A stretch of DNA of 64,000 nucleotides from Actinomycetes bacterium (GCA_030614915.1 JAUXAG010000006.1:1263-65262); one strand, 5' to 3'; shown: positions 38,709 to 49,540, numbered from the stretch's first letter. The notes: generated by a model not told the origin, from the sequence alone. A program made the numbers and translations.

Positions 38709-39287
38709 CTATTTTTCCACCAACTGATTGCAGTGATGAACACCGGCGTCAGTGATGATCATCTGCACTCTCCTGTCGTGGCTGAGGACGGGCAGTTCCT
38801 CTACAATCTGCTGGCTAAAGGTGACCCCCACGGTGCTGGCCCGCAGTTGAGGCCGGGCTAGGAACCGGTCGTAGAATCCGCCACCACGGCCCATACGATG
38901 TCCCCGGCGGTCAAATCCCACCGCTGGTACTATGGCCAGGTTAATTTTGCTCAGGCTCAGCTCCTCGCTTCCGGCTGGTTCGCGCAGTCCGTGCCGACTG
39001 ACCATCAGGTCTTCATCCAGGTTGTGGGTAACGATTGGCCTGAGCTCGTGTTGGGCCCAAATAATCCTGGGCATCACCACCACCTTGCCCTGCCCCCAGG
39101 CGGCGCGGATTGCCGGGCTGATGTCCAGCTCATCGGGCAAAGGGATGTAAGCCATCACCGTAGCGGCCCGGCGGAACTCGGGCAAGCTCAGCAGCACCTC
39201 GCAGGCCCGTACCGACAGCTCCTGACGGAGTCCGTCTCTCATAGCCGCGAGGTTTTGGCGAAGTTCTCGGCGAATGGTCTCTTTCAC
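38709..39287 (-). CDS. 5-formyltetrahydrofolate cyclo-ligase
   Basis: VPAVGFDRRGHRMGRGGGFYDRFL, HDRRV. Confidence 0.93.
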   Translation of the reverse strand: MKETIRRELRQNLAAMRDGLRQELSVRACEVLLSLPEFRRAATVMAYIPLPDELDISPAIRAAWGQGKVVVMPRIIWAQHELRPIVTHNLDEDLMVSRHGLREPAGSEELSLSKINLAIVPAVGFDRRGHRMGRGGGFYDRFLARPQLRASTVGVTFSQQIVEELPVLSHDRRVQMIITDAGVHHCNQLVEK

Positions 39288-39471
39288 GATTAGCCTTATC
39301 TTTATAACTTTGTACTCTTCGTGGTGACGTCAGATTTTACCCTGCCCTTGCCGAATACGCAATCACTTCCGCATCGCGCCTTTCCTTATCTGCCTTGTGC
39401 CTTTTTGTAGTGACATTTCTCAGCAAATTGGTATGATAGTTACAATTGCTTTTTTATATGAGGACTAGCCA

Positions 39472-40854
39472 ATGAACAAATATGACTGTGCCATAATTGG
39501 TGCCGGACCGGGCGGTTACGTGGCAGCTTTACGGGCCGCCCGTCGCGGCCTCAGTACTGCCCTAATCGAAAAAGAGCAGCTTGGCGGAACCTGCCTGAAC
39601 CGCGGTTGCATACCCACCAAGGCCCTGCTGCATGTTTCCGAGCTGGCTTGGGAAATAAAATCAGCTGGAGAGGTAGGAATCAGCACCGGCAAATTCCAGC
39701 TCGATTACACCAAGGCCTGCTCCTTCAAAGACCGCGTCGTCAGCGAGCTCCGCCAGGGAGTTGCCGGGCTGCTGAAAAATCTCAAAGTGCAGGTCTTCTC
39801 CGGAACCGCCAAGCTTACCAGCCCCAATACCATAGAAGTCACGGATAGAGCCGGCAAAGCCAGCGAAATCCAGGCAGCTAACATAATCATTGCTACCGGC
39901 ACCGAGCCGGCCAAGCTCGGGGGTTTTCCCTTCGACGCTGAAAAGGTCATGAACACCAACGACGTCCTGGCCATGACCGCCCTGCCCAAATCCATACTGA
40001 TTGTCGGCGGCGGTATTGCCGGCTGCGAATTTGCCACCATGTTCGCCGAGTTCGGCCTGGCGGTTACGGTGGTGGAGCTCTTGGATTCACTGCTGCCTGC
40101 CCTGGACGCTGACATCGGCAAACTGATGGGGCGGGTTTTCAAGCAAAAGGGAATCACCGTCCACACTTCCGCCAAGATCGTGGAGATGACCAAATCGGCT
40201 CAAGGGGTCACGGCCAAGCTGGATGATGGGCGCCAGCTCAGCGCCGAGCGGGCCCTGGTATCCATTGGCCGAACCACCGACCTGGCGAATCTGGGATTGG
40301 AAGCTGCGGGCGTGGAGAACGACGGTGGATTTATCAAAGTTGACCAGCATTGCCGCACGAATGTGCCCAATATCTGGGCCATCGGAGAGGTCAGCGGGGC
40401 CTTACCCTTGGCTCACGTGGCCAGCAGGATGGGAGTGGTAGCCGCAGAGAATATCGCCGGCGGCCAGATGAGCGAAGATCTGTCGGTCGTGCCCTTTGGC
40501 ATATTCACCCACCCGGAAATCGGCGTTGTGGGCCTGAACGAAACCCAGGCCGCCGAGAAAGGCCTCGAAGTTAAGACCGCCAAGTTCCCCTTGCAAGCCA
40601 GTGGTATAGCCCGGGCCTACCGCAGCACAACGGGTTTCGTCAAGATTGTAGCCGAGAAAACATCCGGCGAGATCCTCGGGGCCTGCATGGTCGGGGCTCA
40701 CGCCGCCGACGTCATCCAGCAGATAGCCCTGGCCATGAAAACCGAGTGCACCGTCGAGGAAATTGTCGAAACTATCCATACTCATCCGACCTTCTCCGAG
40801 GCCTTGGCTGAGACTGGCGAGGCCTGGTTGGGCCAAGGGCTGCACAGCATATAA
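39472..40854 (+). CDS. lpdA: Dihydrolipoyl dehydrogenase
   Basis: GAGPGGY, GGTCLNRGCIPTK, GGGIAGCE, HTHPTFSE. Confidence 0.95.
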   Translation: MNKYDCAIIGAGPGGYVAALRAARRGLSTALIEKEQLGGTCLNRGCIPTKALLHVSELAWEIKSAGEVGISTGKFQLDYTKACSFKDRVVSELRQGVAGLLKNLKVQVFSGTAKLTSPNTIEVTDRAGKASEIQAANIIIATGTEPAKLGGFPFDAEKVMNTNDVLAMTALPKSILIVGGGIAGCEFATMFAEFGLAVTVVELLDSLLPALDADIGKLMGRVFKQKGITVHTSAKIVEMTKSAQGVTAKLDDGRQLSAERALVSIGRTTDLANLGLEAAGVENDGGFIKVDQHCRTNVPNIWAIGEVSGALPLAHVASRMGVVAAENIAGGQMSEDLSVVPFGIFTHPEIGVVGLNETQAAEKGLEVKTAKFPLQASGIARAYRSTTGFVKIVAEKTSGEILGACMVGAHAADVIQQIALAMKTECTVEEIVETIHTHPTFSEALAETGEAWLGQGLHSI

Positions 40855-40862
40855 ATATCAAA

Positions 40863-41768
40863 ATGACCTGTAAAAATGCAAATGTTTCCGATTCTATCCG
40901 CAAGTCGTTGCCGCCCTGGTTGCGAAAACACCTCGTCCTCTCGCCCCGTTTTTCCGGAACCGCGGCCACGCTCAAGTCGCTCGGTGTGGTTACTGTCTGC
41001 AAGGAGGCCAGGTGTCCCAATCTCAATGAGTGCTGGAGTTCCGGCACAGCCACTTTCATGATCATGGGTGATCAGTGTACACGCCATTGCGCCTTTTGCG
41101 CGGTGGCCGGCGATGTCCAGCCGGGTGAGCTCGATGCTTCCGAGCCGGGGCGGATTGCCTTGGCCGTCAAGCGTATGGCTCTGGAATATGCCGTGGTTAC
41201 CTCTGTAACCCGCGACGACTTGCCCGATGGCGGGGCGGAGCATTTCTCCCAAACCATCCGGGCTATTCGGGCTGAGAATCCCAGGTGTAAGGTGGAGGTG
41301 CTTACCCCGGACTTTGCCGGTCGCAGACGAAGCGTCGAGCTCGTCTGCTCCGTCGGCCCGGAGGTGTACAATCATAATCTGGAGACCGTAGAGCGCCTGA
41401 CTCGGCGAGTACGCTCCGGCGCCGACTACAGAAGGTCCCTGCAGATCCTGGCCTGGGCCAAGCAGGCTCGCCCCCAAACCTGGACTAAAAGCGGTCTGAT
41501 GGTCGGCCTGGGCGAAACCGACGAGGAAGTCTTCAAAACCATGCACGACCTGCGAGCGGTCCGCTGCGACCTCTTGACCGTTGGGCAATATCTTCGGCCG
41601 ACCGCGGGGCATGTGAAAGTAGTTCGCTATGTTCGGCCGGAGGTTTTTGAGGAATACGAGCGGATCGGTCGGGAGCTCGGTTTTTTAGCCGTGGCTTCTG
41701 GTCCATTTGTGCGCAGCAGTTATCGAGCCGATGAACTGACCAGCTCTGCGGACAAAACCTCCTCCTAG
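40863..41768 (+). CDS. lipA: Lipoyl synthase
   Basis: VCKEARCPN..EC, CTRHCAFC, TSVTRDDL.DGGA, NHNLET, VRSSY. Confidence 0.96.
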   Translation: MTCKNANVSDSIRKSLPPWLRKHLVLSPRFSGTAATLKSLGVVTVCKEARCPNLNECWSSGTATFMIMGDQCTRHCAFCAVAGDVQPGELDASEPGRIALAVKRMALEYAVVTSVTRDDLPDGGAEHFSQTIRAIRAENPRCKVEVLTPDFAGRRRSVELVCSVGPEVYNHNLETVERLTRRVRSGADYRRSLQILAWAKQARPQTWTKSGLMVGLGETDEEVFKTMHDLRAVRCDLLTVGQYLRPTAGHVKVVRYVRPEVFEEYERIGRELGFLAVASGPFVRSSYRADELTSSADKTSS

Positions 41769-41781
41769 AGACTTTGCGTTT

Positions 41782-42426
41782 ATGACCAATCAGACGGCCA
41801 AGAATTCAGAGGGTTCAAGCGGGAGTCGAGCCGGCCGATTCATCGTTATCGACGGGCCCGACGGAGCGGGAAAGAGTACCCACTTGGCCAAGCTGGCCGA
41901 GTACCTTTCCTCCACCGGCAAAACCATTGTCTGCGTCCGGGACCCTGGGGGCACAGAGATAGGTGAAGCCATTCGCCAGATTCTCCTCTCGCCGGCCCAC
42001 GATAAGATGGCTGCCCAAACCGAGCTGCTGTTGTACACTGCTGCCCGGCTGCAGTTGTGGCTGGAAAGAATATCCCCCGCCCTGCAGGCCGGCTCCTGGG
42101 TGCTTTGCGACCGCTGGATTTACAGCACCTGCGCCTATCAGGGCGCCGCCGGGCAGATCGGTCTGGACGCCGTTTTTCAGCTCAGCGAGGCCATGGGCCT
42201 GGGTTGGGCTGACCAGGCAATTATCCTGGATATCGATGCTCAGGCAGGCCTTGACCGGCTGGGCCAAGCCCCCGACCGCATGGAGTCCAAGCCTTTGTCA
42301 TTTCACCGGGCCGTCCGCGATGGCTATTTAGCCTTAGCCAAGCTTCGCCCGGAAGTAACTATCGTCGATGCCGCAGGGACCATCGAGCAGACCCAGCAAG
42401 CCATCCGTCAAGCTATGGGCATATAA
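41782..42426 (+). CDS. tmk: Thymidylate kinase
   Basis: DGPDGAGKST, RDPGGT, LCDR..ST.AYQG. Confidence 0.94.
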   Translation: MTNQTAKNSEGSSGSRAGRFIVIDGPDGAGKSTHLAKLAEYLSSTGKTIVCVRDPGGTEIGEAIRQILLSPAHDKMAAQTELLLYTAARLQLWLERISPALQAGSWVLCDRWIYSTCAYQGAAGQIGLDAVFQLSEAMGLGWADQAIILDIDAQAGLDRLGQAPDRMESKPLSFHRAVRDGYLALAKLRPEVTIVDAAGTIEQTQQAIRQAMGI

Positions 42427-42442
42427 TAAGTTTGGTGTAGAT

Positions 42443-43585
42443 ATGTCGATTTTTTCGGTAATTGGCCAGGACCGGGCCCTGGGCCGCCTCCAGCAGGCCC
42501 TGAGAAGCCGACGCGTTCCCCACGGCTATATTTTTCACGGCCAAGCCGGCGTGGGCAAGGAGCTTTGCGCCAGCGAGTTCGCCAAGATTATCTTGTGTGA
42601 GAACCGCCGGAAGCGCCGCCGGGACGGTGAGGACTGTTTCGACTGCTGCGACAGCTGTACCAGTTGCCGGGCCATAGAAGCCGACGTGCACCCGGACTAT
42701 CACCTGGTTTATCGTGAGCAGATCCGGGAATTGCGGCCGGAGCAAAACGACAACGGCTTTGGCAAGAGCAAAGCTCACCGGGCCACGGCCTTGGCCATCG
42801 ATGTCATTCGAGAAAAGCTCAATAAGCCAGCCCAGTTGACCAGCGCCTATGGCCGGGGCAAGGTCTTCGTGGTCCGGGAAATACACTTAGCTAACGTGCA
42901 GGCCCAGAACTGTCTGCTGAAAACCCTGGAAGAGCCGCCTGCTGGTACGGTGCTGATCCTTTTGGCCGATCGCCTTGAGGGCCTGCTGCCGACCGTACTG
43001 AGCCGTAGCCAAATGGTGATGTTCGCTCCTCTGGGGCAGAAGTTCTTGCTAAAAAAACTCAACGAGTCCGGCTGTAAGCAACCTCAAAGTGGTTTCTGGT
43101 CGCGTTTTGCCGACGGAAGTCTGGGCCGAGCTCTATGGCTTGCCGAGCAGGACTGGTACCAGGCCAAGGTTGCCCTGGTCAAACGTTTGGCCCGACTGAC
43201 CGAGCAGGATGCAGTCGAATTGGCCGAGCTATTGATGGACTCGGCCAAGTCCTATGCCGCCGAGGCCCGCAAGCAGGACCCGGCTGTTTCCGACACGGTC
43301 GCCAAGCAGCGGATGTACGGTTTTCTGCTCGGCGTAGTTTCGAACTTTTATCGAGACGTAATGCTTTCCGGCAGCGGCGCCGCCCCTGCCGAGTGGATCA
43401 ATTCCGACCAGGAATCTGCCGTCAAGCAGGCGAGCAAGAGCGTATCGCTGCTCCAGGCCAGCCGGGCCGTTGCCCTAGTCGGGCGGGCAGAGTACTTGAT
43501 AAGCAAGAACGTAAATGCTAATCTGGTGTTCGAGGATTTGTTTGGCGACTTGGCTGTGACCATCCGCAAAACACTTGTGGCCTAG
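42443..43585 (+). CDS. holB: DNA polymerase III subunit delta'
   Basis: HGYIFHG..GVGK, zinc Cys cluster, HPD, QNCLLKTLEEP, LLPTVLSR; tmk-holB-PSP1 synteny. Confidence 0.9.
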   Translation: MSIFSVIGQDRALGRLQQALRSRRVPHGYIFHGQAGVGKELCASEFAKIILCENRRKRRRDGEDCFDCCDSCTSCRAIEADVHPDYHLVYREQIRELRPEQNDNGFGKSKAHRATALAIDVIREKLNKPAQLTSAYGRGKVFVVREIHLANVQAQNCLLKTLEEPPAGTVLILLADRLEGLLPTVLSRSQMVMFAPLGQKFLLKKLNESGCKQPQSGFWSRFADGSLGRALWLAEQDWYQAKVALVKRLARLTEQDAVELAELLMDSAKSYAAEARKQDPAVSDTVAKQRMYGFLLGVVSNFYRDVMLSGSGAAPAEWINSDQESAVKQASKSVSLLQASRAVALVGRAEYLISKNVNANLVFEDLFGDLAVTIRKTLVA

Positions 43586-43620
43586 AGTGTCCTGCCAAGA
43601 TAACTTATAGAGCGTAATTC

Positions 43621-44829
43621 ATGGATAACGAAGAAGTTACGGCCCCCGAGCCTGATAATACCCATCCTGTCCCGCCTGCAGATCCTGCCGCTAAGGACAA
43701 TTCCACCGCCCAAAGCTCCCCAGAGCAAGACGGTCCGGATACCCAGACTCCCCAGCAGATGGACCAGCAACCGTCCGAGCAGGCCCAACCCAGCGAGGAC
43801 GACCAGGAGCGAACGGCACTAGTTTGTTATGGCCGAATGAATCTGCTGGGCGAATTTCGTCGGCCCGACAACGGCGTATTGCCGATCGGCACCAAGGTAG
43901 TCGTGCGAACCGAGCGCGGCATTGAGATAGGACGAATCGTTCTCGGGTACTGTGAGGGATGCGGTGAGAGGGGAATCTCTCGACAAAAATGGCAGGAGTA
44001 CCTCAGCCAAGAAGGTGAGGGCGATATTCTGTCCCGCCAAGGGCGCATAGTCCGTCAGGCCAGCGAGCAGGATCTCATCGACCAGGAGCATCTGGACCGC
44101 AATGCCGCCGAGAAGTTCGAGTTCTGCCAGAAAATCATCGATGAAATGCACCTGGATATGAAGCTCGTGGATGTTGAGCACCTTTTCGGAGGCGATCGCA
44201 TCCTTTTCTATTTCAAGAGTGAAAAACGCGTGGACTTCCGCAAGCTGGTCCGCAGGCTGGCCAAGGAATACCAGACCCGCATCGAGATGCGTCAGGTGGG
44301 TGCCCGTGACGAAGCCAGGCTCTTGGCCGACTACGAGCGCTGTGGCCGGGAGTGTTGTTGCCGCTCTTTTCTAAAGCACTTGGCACCGGTGAATATGCGA
44401 ATGGCCAAAGTGCAGAAGGCTACGCTGGACCCAGCCAAAATTTCCGGACGCTGTGGACGATTGATGTGTTGCTTGCGTTATGAGCATTGCACCTACGACA
44501 AGCTGCGCAGGAAATTACCCCCCCGCAACACCCTGGTGGAAACGCCCGAAGGACAGGGCCTGGCCGTCGATTGCCAGATACTTACTCAGCTGGTTATGGT
44601 CCGTTTGGCCGACGCCAGGAGGGTAGCTTTCCCGCTCTCGGAGATAACTGTGCTTTCGGACAAACCGGACCCGTCCGCCCAGGCCAAGGCCCAGCCGGGG
44701 GCCAAGGAGAATTCGCTCGGTCCCGAGCAACCCTCGCCGCAGTCAACTTCGGACTCTCAGAGTACCTCCGGCGGCCCGAGGAGGCGTCGCCGCAACAAGC
44801 GGCGTAATTCGAATCGTTCCCAGGGCTGA
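43621..44829 (+). CDS. ricT: PSP1-domain / RicT (YaaT) family protein
   Basis: RVDFRKLV..LA....TRIEMRQVG.RDEA, CGRECCC, KISGRCGRLMCCLRYE. Confidence 0.9.
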   Translation: MDNEEVTAPEPDNTHPVPPADPAAKDNSTAQSSPEQDGPDTQTPQQMDQQPSEQAQPSEDDQERTALVCYGRMNLLGEFRRPDNGVLPIGTKVVVRTERGIEIGRIVLGYCEGCGERGISRQKWQEYLSQEGEGDILSRQGRIVRQASEQDLIDQEHLDRNAAEKFEFCQKIIDEMHLDMKLVDVEHLFGGDRILFYFKSEKRVDFRKLVRRLAKEYQTRIEMRQVGARDEARLLADYERCGRECCCRSFLKHLAPVNMRMAKVQKATLDPAKISGRCGRLMCCLRYEHCTYDKLRRKLPPRNTLVETPEGQGLAVDCQILTQLVMVRLADARRVAFPLSEITVLSDKPDPSAQAKAQPGAKENSLGPEQPSPQSTSDSQSTSGGPRRRRRNKRRNSNRSQG

Positions 44830-44904
44830 CGGCTCTATGTTGACTATGCTGGGCCGGTACGGACCCGAAGGCGAGAACCTTGCAAGAACATCTGGAGTAC
44901 CATC

Positions 44905-46446
44905 GTGGCTGAAACATTCTATATCACCACCCCGATTTATTACGTCAACGATGTTCCGCACATTGGCCACGCCTATACCACCATAGCCGCCGATGTATTG
45001 GCTCGCTATCATCGCACTTGCGGCAGGGATGTCCATTTTCTTACCGGAACCGACGAGCATGGGCAGAAGATCGCCCAGGCCGCTCAAGAGCAGAACCTTG
45101 AGCCCATCGAGTTGGCCGATCGGGTCGTCGAGGGTTTTCGCCAGTTGTGGCGAAAACTTCAAATCAGCAACGACGACTTTATCAGGACCTCCCAACCCCG
45201 GCACGAAAAGCAAATGACCCAAATCATCACCAAGTTAATCGAACGCGACGAAATCTACTTGGGCCATTACGAAGGCTGGTACTCGGTTACCCAGGAGCAG
45301 TTTGTCAACGACACCGAGGCCGCCGAGCACGACTACAAGTGTGCGGTTTCGGGCAAGCCTCTCCAGCGGGTCAAGGAGGCCAACTACTTTTTTCGCCTGA
45401 GCCGCTACGGCGATCGTTTGCTGGACCATCTGGACAAGCACAAGGATTTTGTCAAGCCCCAGGCCCGTTTCAATGAGGTCTATTCCCGGGTAAAGGAAGG
45501 GCTGCGGGACTTGGCCATTTCCAGACCCAGCCTGGATTGGGGCATAAGAATGCCTAACGATCCTGGCCACACCATCTACGTCTGGGTGGACGCCTTGTGC
45601 AATTATATTACCGCTCTGAATTACACCGACCAGGCGGACAAATGGCGATATTGGCCTGCTGACTTTCAGTTTATCGGCAAAGACATCCTCTGGTTTCATG
45701 CCGTGATTTGGCCCTGTTTGCTCATGGCCCTGGACGTCGAACTGCCCCGCTGTGTCTTTGCCCACGGCTGGTGGACGCACGACGGGCAGAAGATGAGCAA
45801 ATCCCTGGGGAACTTTGTGGACCCAGCCGAATACCTGGATACCTACGGCCCGGATGCCTTTCGATATTTCCTCTTGCGGGAGGTACCTTTCGGGCGGGAT
45901 GGAGATTTTTCGGACGAATCATTCCTCAGACGCTATAATACAGAGTTGGGTAATGATGTGGGTAATCTGCTCAGCAGAACGACCAACATGATCGAGCGGT
46001 ATTGCCAGGGCAAGGTGCCCAAGCGGGGCCAAATCACCGCCGATGAGAATGCTCTGGAAAAGACAGGGCGGGAGTTGGCCGACCATGTGGACCGGGCCTT
46101 AGCCGAGTGTAAGTTCCATACTGCCCTGGAGGCTATTCTAGGTCTGGCCGCTGCGGCCAACCGTTATATCGACGCCACCGAGCCCTTCAAGCTGGCCAAG
46201 CAGAGCGACTCGGCCAGCCGGGAAAGACTCGAAACGGTTTTGTACCACTGTGCTGAGGCAGTCAGGCTGCTGAGCGTTTTCCTCAGCCCTTTCATGCCCG
46301 CTAGCATGGAAAAGGTGTGGCAGCAGCTTTGCTGGGAACAGGCAGGCCAGATGTCGCTTGACGAGTCGGGAAGGTGGGGTGCCCTGCCCAGTGGAACCGT
46401 CGTTCGCAAGGGTCCGCCGCTGTTCCCGCGAATGGATAAGAAGTAG
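44905..46446 (+). CDS. metG: Methionine--tRNA ligase (short form)
   Basis: YITTPIYYVN..PHIGHAY, GTDEHG, GKDI, KMSKS. Confidence 0.97.
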   Translation: MAETFYITTPIYYVNDVPHIGHAYTTIAADVLARYHRTCGRDVHFLTGTDEHGQKIAQAAQEQNLEPIELADRVVEGFRQLWRKLQISNDDFIRTSQPRHEKQMTQIITKLIERDEIYLGHYEGWYSVTQEQFVNDTEAAEHDYKCAVSGKPLQRVKEANYFFRLSRYGDRLLDHLDKHKDFVKPQARFNEVYSRVKEGLRDLAISRPSLDWGIRMPNDPGHTIYVWVDALCNYITALNYTDQADKWRYWPADFQFIGKDILWFHAVIWPCLLMALDVELPRCVFAHGWWTHDGQKMSKSLGNFVDPAEYLDTYGPDAFRYFLLREVPFGRDGDFSDESFLRRYNTELGNDVGNLLSRTTNMIERYCQGKVPKRGQITADENALEKTGRELADHVDRALAECKFHTALEAILGLAAAANRYIDATEPFKLAKQSDSASRERLETVLYHCAEAVRLLSVFLSPFMPASMEKVWQQLCWEQAGQMSLDESGRWGALPSGTVVRKGPPLFPRMDKK

Positions 46447-46473
46447 AAACCGCCGATTGGACCGGAAAGAACC

Positions 46474-46884
46474 GTGGCAGAGACACCGCTGAAATCTGTT
46501 GTGGACGTAGCCGCCCGGACTCCCTATCCGCCGGAGGCCTTTGCTTTTGTGCGCGAGGGTTTGCATCTGGCAGCCAAGCGGGCGCACGGCCCGGAGCCGG
46601 AAATGGTCAACCCCGCCCTGGCGGGCAAGCGCCACGTCAGCGGCCGACAACTCTGCAAGGCCTTGCACGATCTGGCTATCCGACGCTGGGGACTGATGGC
46701 CAACACCGTGCTGGGCAGTTGGCATATCCACTGCACCTTGGATTTCGGAAAGATCGTCTACGCCATGATTGACAATCAACTCATGCAGAAAACCGATGGA
46801 GACAGCCTGGAAGATTTCCGCGATGTCTTCGATTTTGACCAGGCCTTTAGCCCTAAAAGCTGCCTGCGCGTCAGGCTTGGGTAG
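46474..46884 (+). CDS. Minf_1886-family conserved protein (PVC group)
   Basis: YPPEAFAFVREGL, RHVSGRQLC, WG.MA..VL..W, DFGKIVYAMI, DSLEDF..VFDF. Confidence 0.8.
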   Translation: MAETPLKSVVDVAARTPYPPEAFAFVREGLHLAAKRAHGPEPEMVNPALAGKRHVSGRQLCKALHDLAIRRWGLMANTVLGSWHIHCTLDFGKIVYAMIDNQLMQKTDGDSLEDFRDVFDFDQAFSPKSCLRVRLG

Positions 46885-46941
46885 ATGGCCCCCTCCCTGC
46901 TTTTTTTGCCTTGCCGTTGACTTTGAACCGAGCTTTGCGTG

Positions 46942-47484
46942 TTAGCCAAGTTGCTTGAGGGTCTCAGTGTAGACGCTCAGGGCCTCGGCGGAGAACAAAG
47001 CGAAGACCACCCGTTGAATTGAAGGATACTGCGGCAACTCCTGCAGTGTGGTTTCTAAGGCAATAAGGCTTGCTTCCTCCAGGGGATAGCCATACACACC
47101 GGTGCTGATAGCCGGAAAGGCAATGGATTCCAACTTCTCCTGCCCGGCCAGGGCCAACGAATTCACATAGCAGGACGCCAGCAGCTCCGCGTCCTCCGCC
47201 TTGCCGTGATAGACTGGCCCGACGGTGTGGATCACATACTTAGCCGGCAGCCTGTATCCCTTGGTAATCTTTGCTTGGCCCGTCGGACAGCCGCCCAGCG
47301 TTCGGCATTCTGCCAGTAGTTCTGCTCCAGCCGCCCGGTGAATAGCCCCGTCCACGCCGCCTCCGCCTAAAAGCGACGTATTGGCGGCATTGGCGATGGC
47401 ATCTACCTCCAACGTAGTAATATCCGTCTGCAGCAGCTCTAACTTTGCGATCAGTTCACCCGGATATTTTTTGCCCTTACTCAT
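46942..47484 (-). CDS. Macro domain O-acetyl-ADP-ribose deacetylase (YmdB-like)
   Basis: [44 protein letters not shown]. Confidence 0.94.
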   Translation of the reverse strand: MSKGKKYPGELIAKLELLQTDITTLEVDAIANAANTSLLGGGGVDGAIHRAAGAELLAECRTLGGCPTGQAKITKGYRLPAKYVIHTVGPVYHGKAEDAELLASCYVNSLALAGQEKLESIAFPAISTGVYGYPLEEASLIALETTLQELPQYPSIQRVVFALFSAEALSVYTETLKQLG

Positions 47485-47514
47485 GTGCCGTCTCTTTACC
47501 TCTCTTGTATTTAG

Positions 47515-47588
47515 CCCCGGGTTTTACCCGGGGTTTCTTCCTCACGCCTTACGCCGGGGTCCCCAATCGCGATGTATCGCGATTGGGG
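47515..47588. repeat. Two adjacent REP-like palindromes
   Basis: CCCCGGGT-ttt-ACCCGGGG (47515-47533) and CCCCAATCGCGAT-gt-ATCGCGATTGGGG (47561-47588). Confidence 0.75.
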
Positions 47589-47594
47589 TTTCCC

Positions 47595-49454
47595 TCAAGT
47601 CCTTTTAAACTGTTTTTCAAGTTCTGCCAGGCTCATCTTGAGGATTGTCGGGCGACCATGTGGACAGTTGCTCGAACGCTCAGCGAATTCTGCGTCAGCC
47701 AATAGCTGGGACATTTCCTCTTCGCTTAGTTTATCACCCGCCTTGACTGCCGCCTTGCAGGCCATGCTCGCCAGCACTTCTTCGAGAACCTGCTCAGCGG
47801 CGGAGTCTGTGGGCATTTCCACCAGCCGATCGACTATATCCTGGACCGCTGCCCCCGGATCTGCCCTGTCCAACATGGCCGGGAAGGCCTGTACAGCCAC
47901 GGCTGTCGGGCCGAAGTCCACCAGTTCAATGCCCACCTGCGATAAAATCTCCTGAACCTTATCCAGCATGGCACGCTGTTGATTGGTCAACTCCACCGGC
48001 ATGGGCACCAGCAATTGCTGCGAGGCCACCTGTCCCCGGCCGACCCTCTGGCTCAATTGCTCGTATAGAATCCGCTCGTGGAGGGCATGCTGGTCCACGA
48101 TGATAAGTCCATCGTCCGTCTCGGCTACCAGGTACATCCTGTGTAGCTGCAGGACCGCTCCCGCGGCTGTCGCCCGGATTGTTGGCTCTGCTTGGGCCTC
48201 CAGCCGTTCGCTTTGGGTCGTAGAAGATGAGCCCTGGCGGTCAGCTTCAAAGAGTTTGTTCAGTTCCTCCCTTAGCTCTTGGCCGGTCGGACCTTTATTG
48301 TGCCTGCTCCGGCTGTAGCCGCCGCTGCCTGGGCCAAAGGCCAGCGGAGCTTGGCTCGGAGGCGAGGCCTTGAGGAAATCGGCCACGGCTCGGCGGATCT
48401 GCTCGGTTTTTTCACCGTCAGCCTGGCCGCCCTCGCCCTGTTCTATGCGCATTCGGCTCGAGAGGTCGCTCTTGAGGAACCGCTCCCGAAGCGTCCCCAG
48501 CACTTGGGAGTGCACGGCATTGGAATCCCGGAAGCGGACCTCTATTTTTGTGGGGTGCACATTTACATCCACCATCTCCGGGGCCATCTGCAGATAGAGA
48601 AAGGCCACCGGAAAGCGGTTCGCTTCGATCAGCCCCCGATAGGCCTCGCGCACAGCATGTTGGATGAAACGGTCGCGGATATATCGCCCGTTGAGGAAGA
48701 AATACTGCCATTTGCTCGAAGTCCGGCTCATATCCGGCGGAGCCAGCAGGGCCTGGATTCTTATTCGGCGCTCATCGCTGTCGGCCTCGATTAGTGTCTG
48801 GGCCAGTTCGTCGCCGAAGAGGCCGGTGATTCTCTCCCGCAAGTTGGACGCCGCCGGCAGGTCCAGATTTTTCCTGCCATTGTGGCTGAGGGTAAAGTGC
48901 ACTTGGCTCTGGGCCAGGGCCACTCTGGTCAATTGCTCACAAACGTGCGACGTCTCCGTGGAGGTACCCTTAAGGAATTTTCGCCGGGCTGGCACGTTGA
49001 AAAAGAGGTCTCGCACCCAAACGCTGGTTCCGACAGCCGCGGCCGTCGGCCTGGGCTCATGGCTGTCGCCCCCTTCGCAACTCACTTCGTATCCTGCCTC
49101 GTTGTCAACGGTTCGGCTAACGATTCGGACCCGGCTGACGCTGGCAATGCTCGCCAGGGCCTCTCCTCGAAATCCCATGGTTTTGATGGCCAAGAGGTCT
49201 TCGGCGTTACTGAGCTTGCTTGTGGCATGGGCAGTCCAGGCCAGAGCTATGTCTTCACGGCCCATCCCTGCGCCGTCGTCGGTCACCTGGATGAGGCGTT
49301 TGCCGCCGTCCTCGACAGCCACGTCGATGCGCCCGGCCCCGGCATCAATGGCATTCTCCAGCAGCTCTTTGACCACCGAGGCCGGCCTTTCGACAACTTC
49401 CCCTGCGGCTATCTTGTTGACCAGGAGCTCCGGAAGTATTTGGATTTGTCCCAT
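47595..49454 (-). CDS. mutL: DNA mismatch repair endonuclease MutL
   Basis: IAAGEVVERPASVVKELLENAIDAG, GFRGEAL, DQHALHERILYE, ACK, CPHGRP. Confidence 0.97.
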   Translation of the reverse strand: MGQIQILPELLVNKIAAGEVVERPASVVKELLENAIDAGAGRIDVAVEDGGKRLIQVTDDGAGMGREDIALAWTAHATSKLSNAEDLLAIKTMGFRGEALASIASVSRVRIVSRTVDNEAGYEVSCEGGDSHEPRPTAAAVGTSVWVRDLFFNVPARRKFLKGTSTETSHVCEQLTRVALAQSQVHFTLSHNGRKNLDLPAASNLRERITGLFGDELAQTLIEADSDERRIRIQALLAPPDMSRTSSKWQYFFLNGRYIRDRFIQHAVREAYRGLIEANRFPVAFLYLQMAPEMVDVNVHPTKIEVRFRDSNAVHSQVLGTLRERFLKSDLSSRMRIEQGEGGQADGEKTEQIRRAVADFLKASPPSQAPLAFGPGSGGYSRSRHNKGPTGQELREELNKLFEADRQGSSSTTQSERLEAQAEPTIRATAAGAVLQLHRMYLVAETDDGLIIVDQHALHERILYEQLSQRVGRGQVASQQLLVPMPVELTNQQRAMLDKVQEILSQVGIELVDFGPTAVAVQAFPAMLDRADPGAAVQDIVDRLVEMPTDSAAEQVLEEVLASMACKAAVKAGDKLSEEEMSQLLADAEFAERSSNCPHGRPTILKMSLAELEKQFKRT

Positions 49455-49540
49455 GGCTATCTGCTGCCGAGCAAGTCTTGAATTGTCTGCCTCTGTGAGC
49501 CATAGTATATGCCCGGTTCACCTGTTCGGTCAACGACGGA

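Noticed and set aside
39288-39471. Expected 6S RNA upstream of 5-formyl-THF cyclo-ligase
   Set aside because: Spacer is only ~180 bp, holds divergent promoters, and shows no long self-complementarity.
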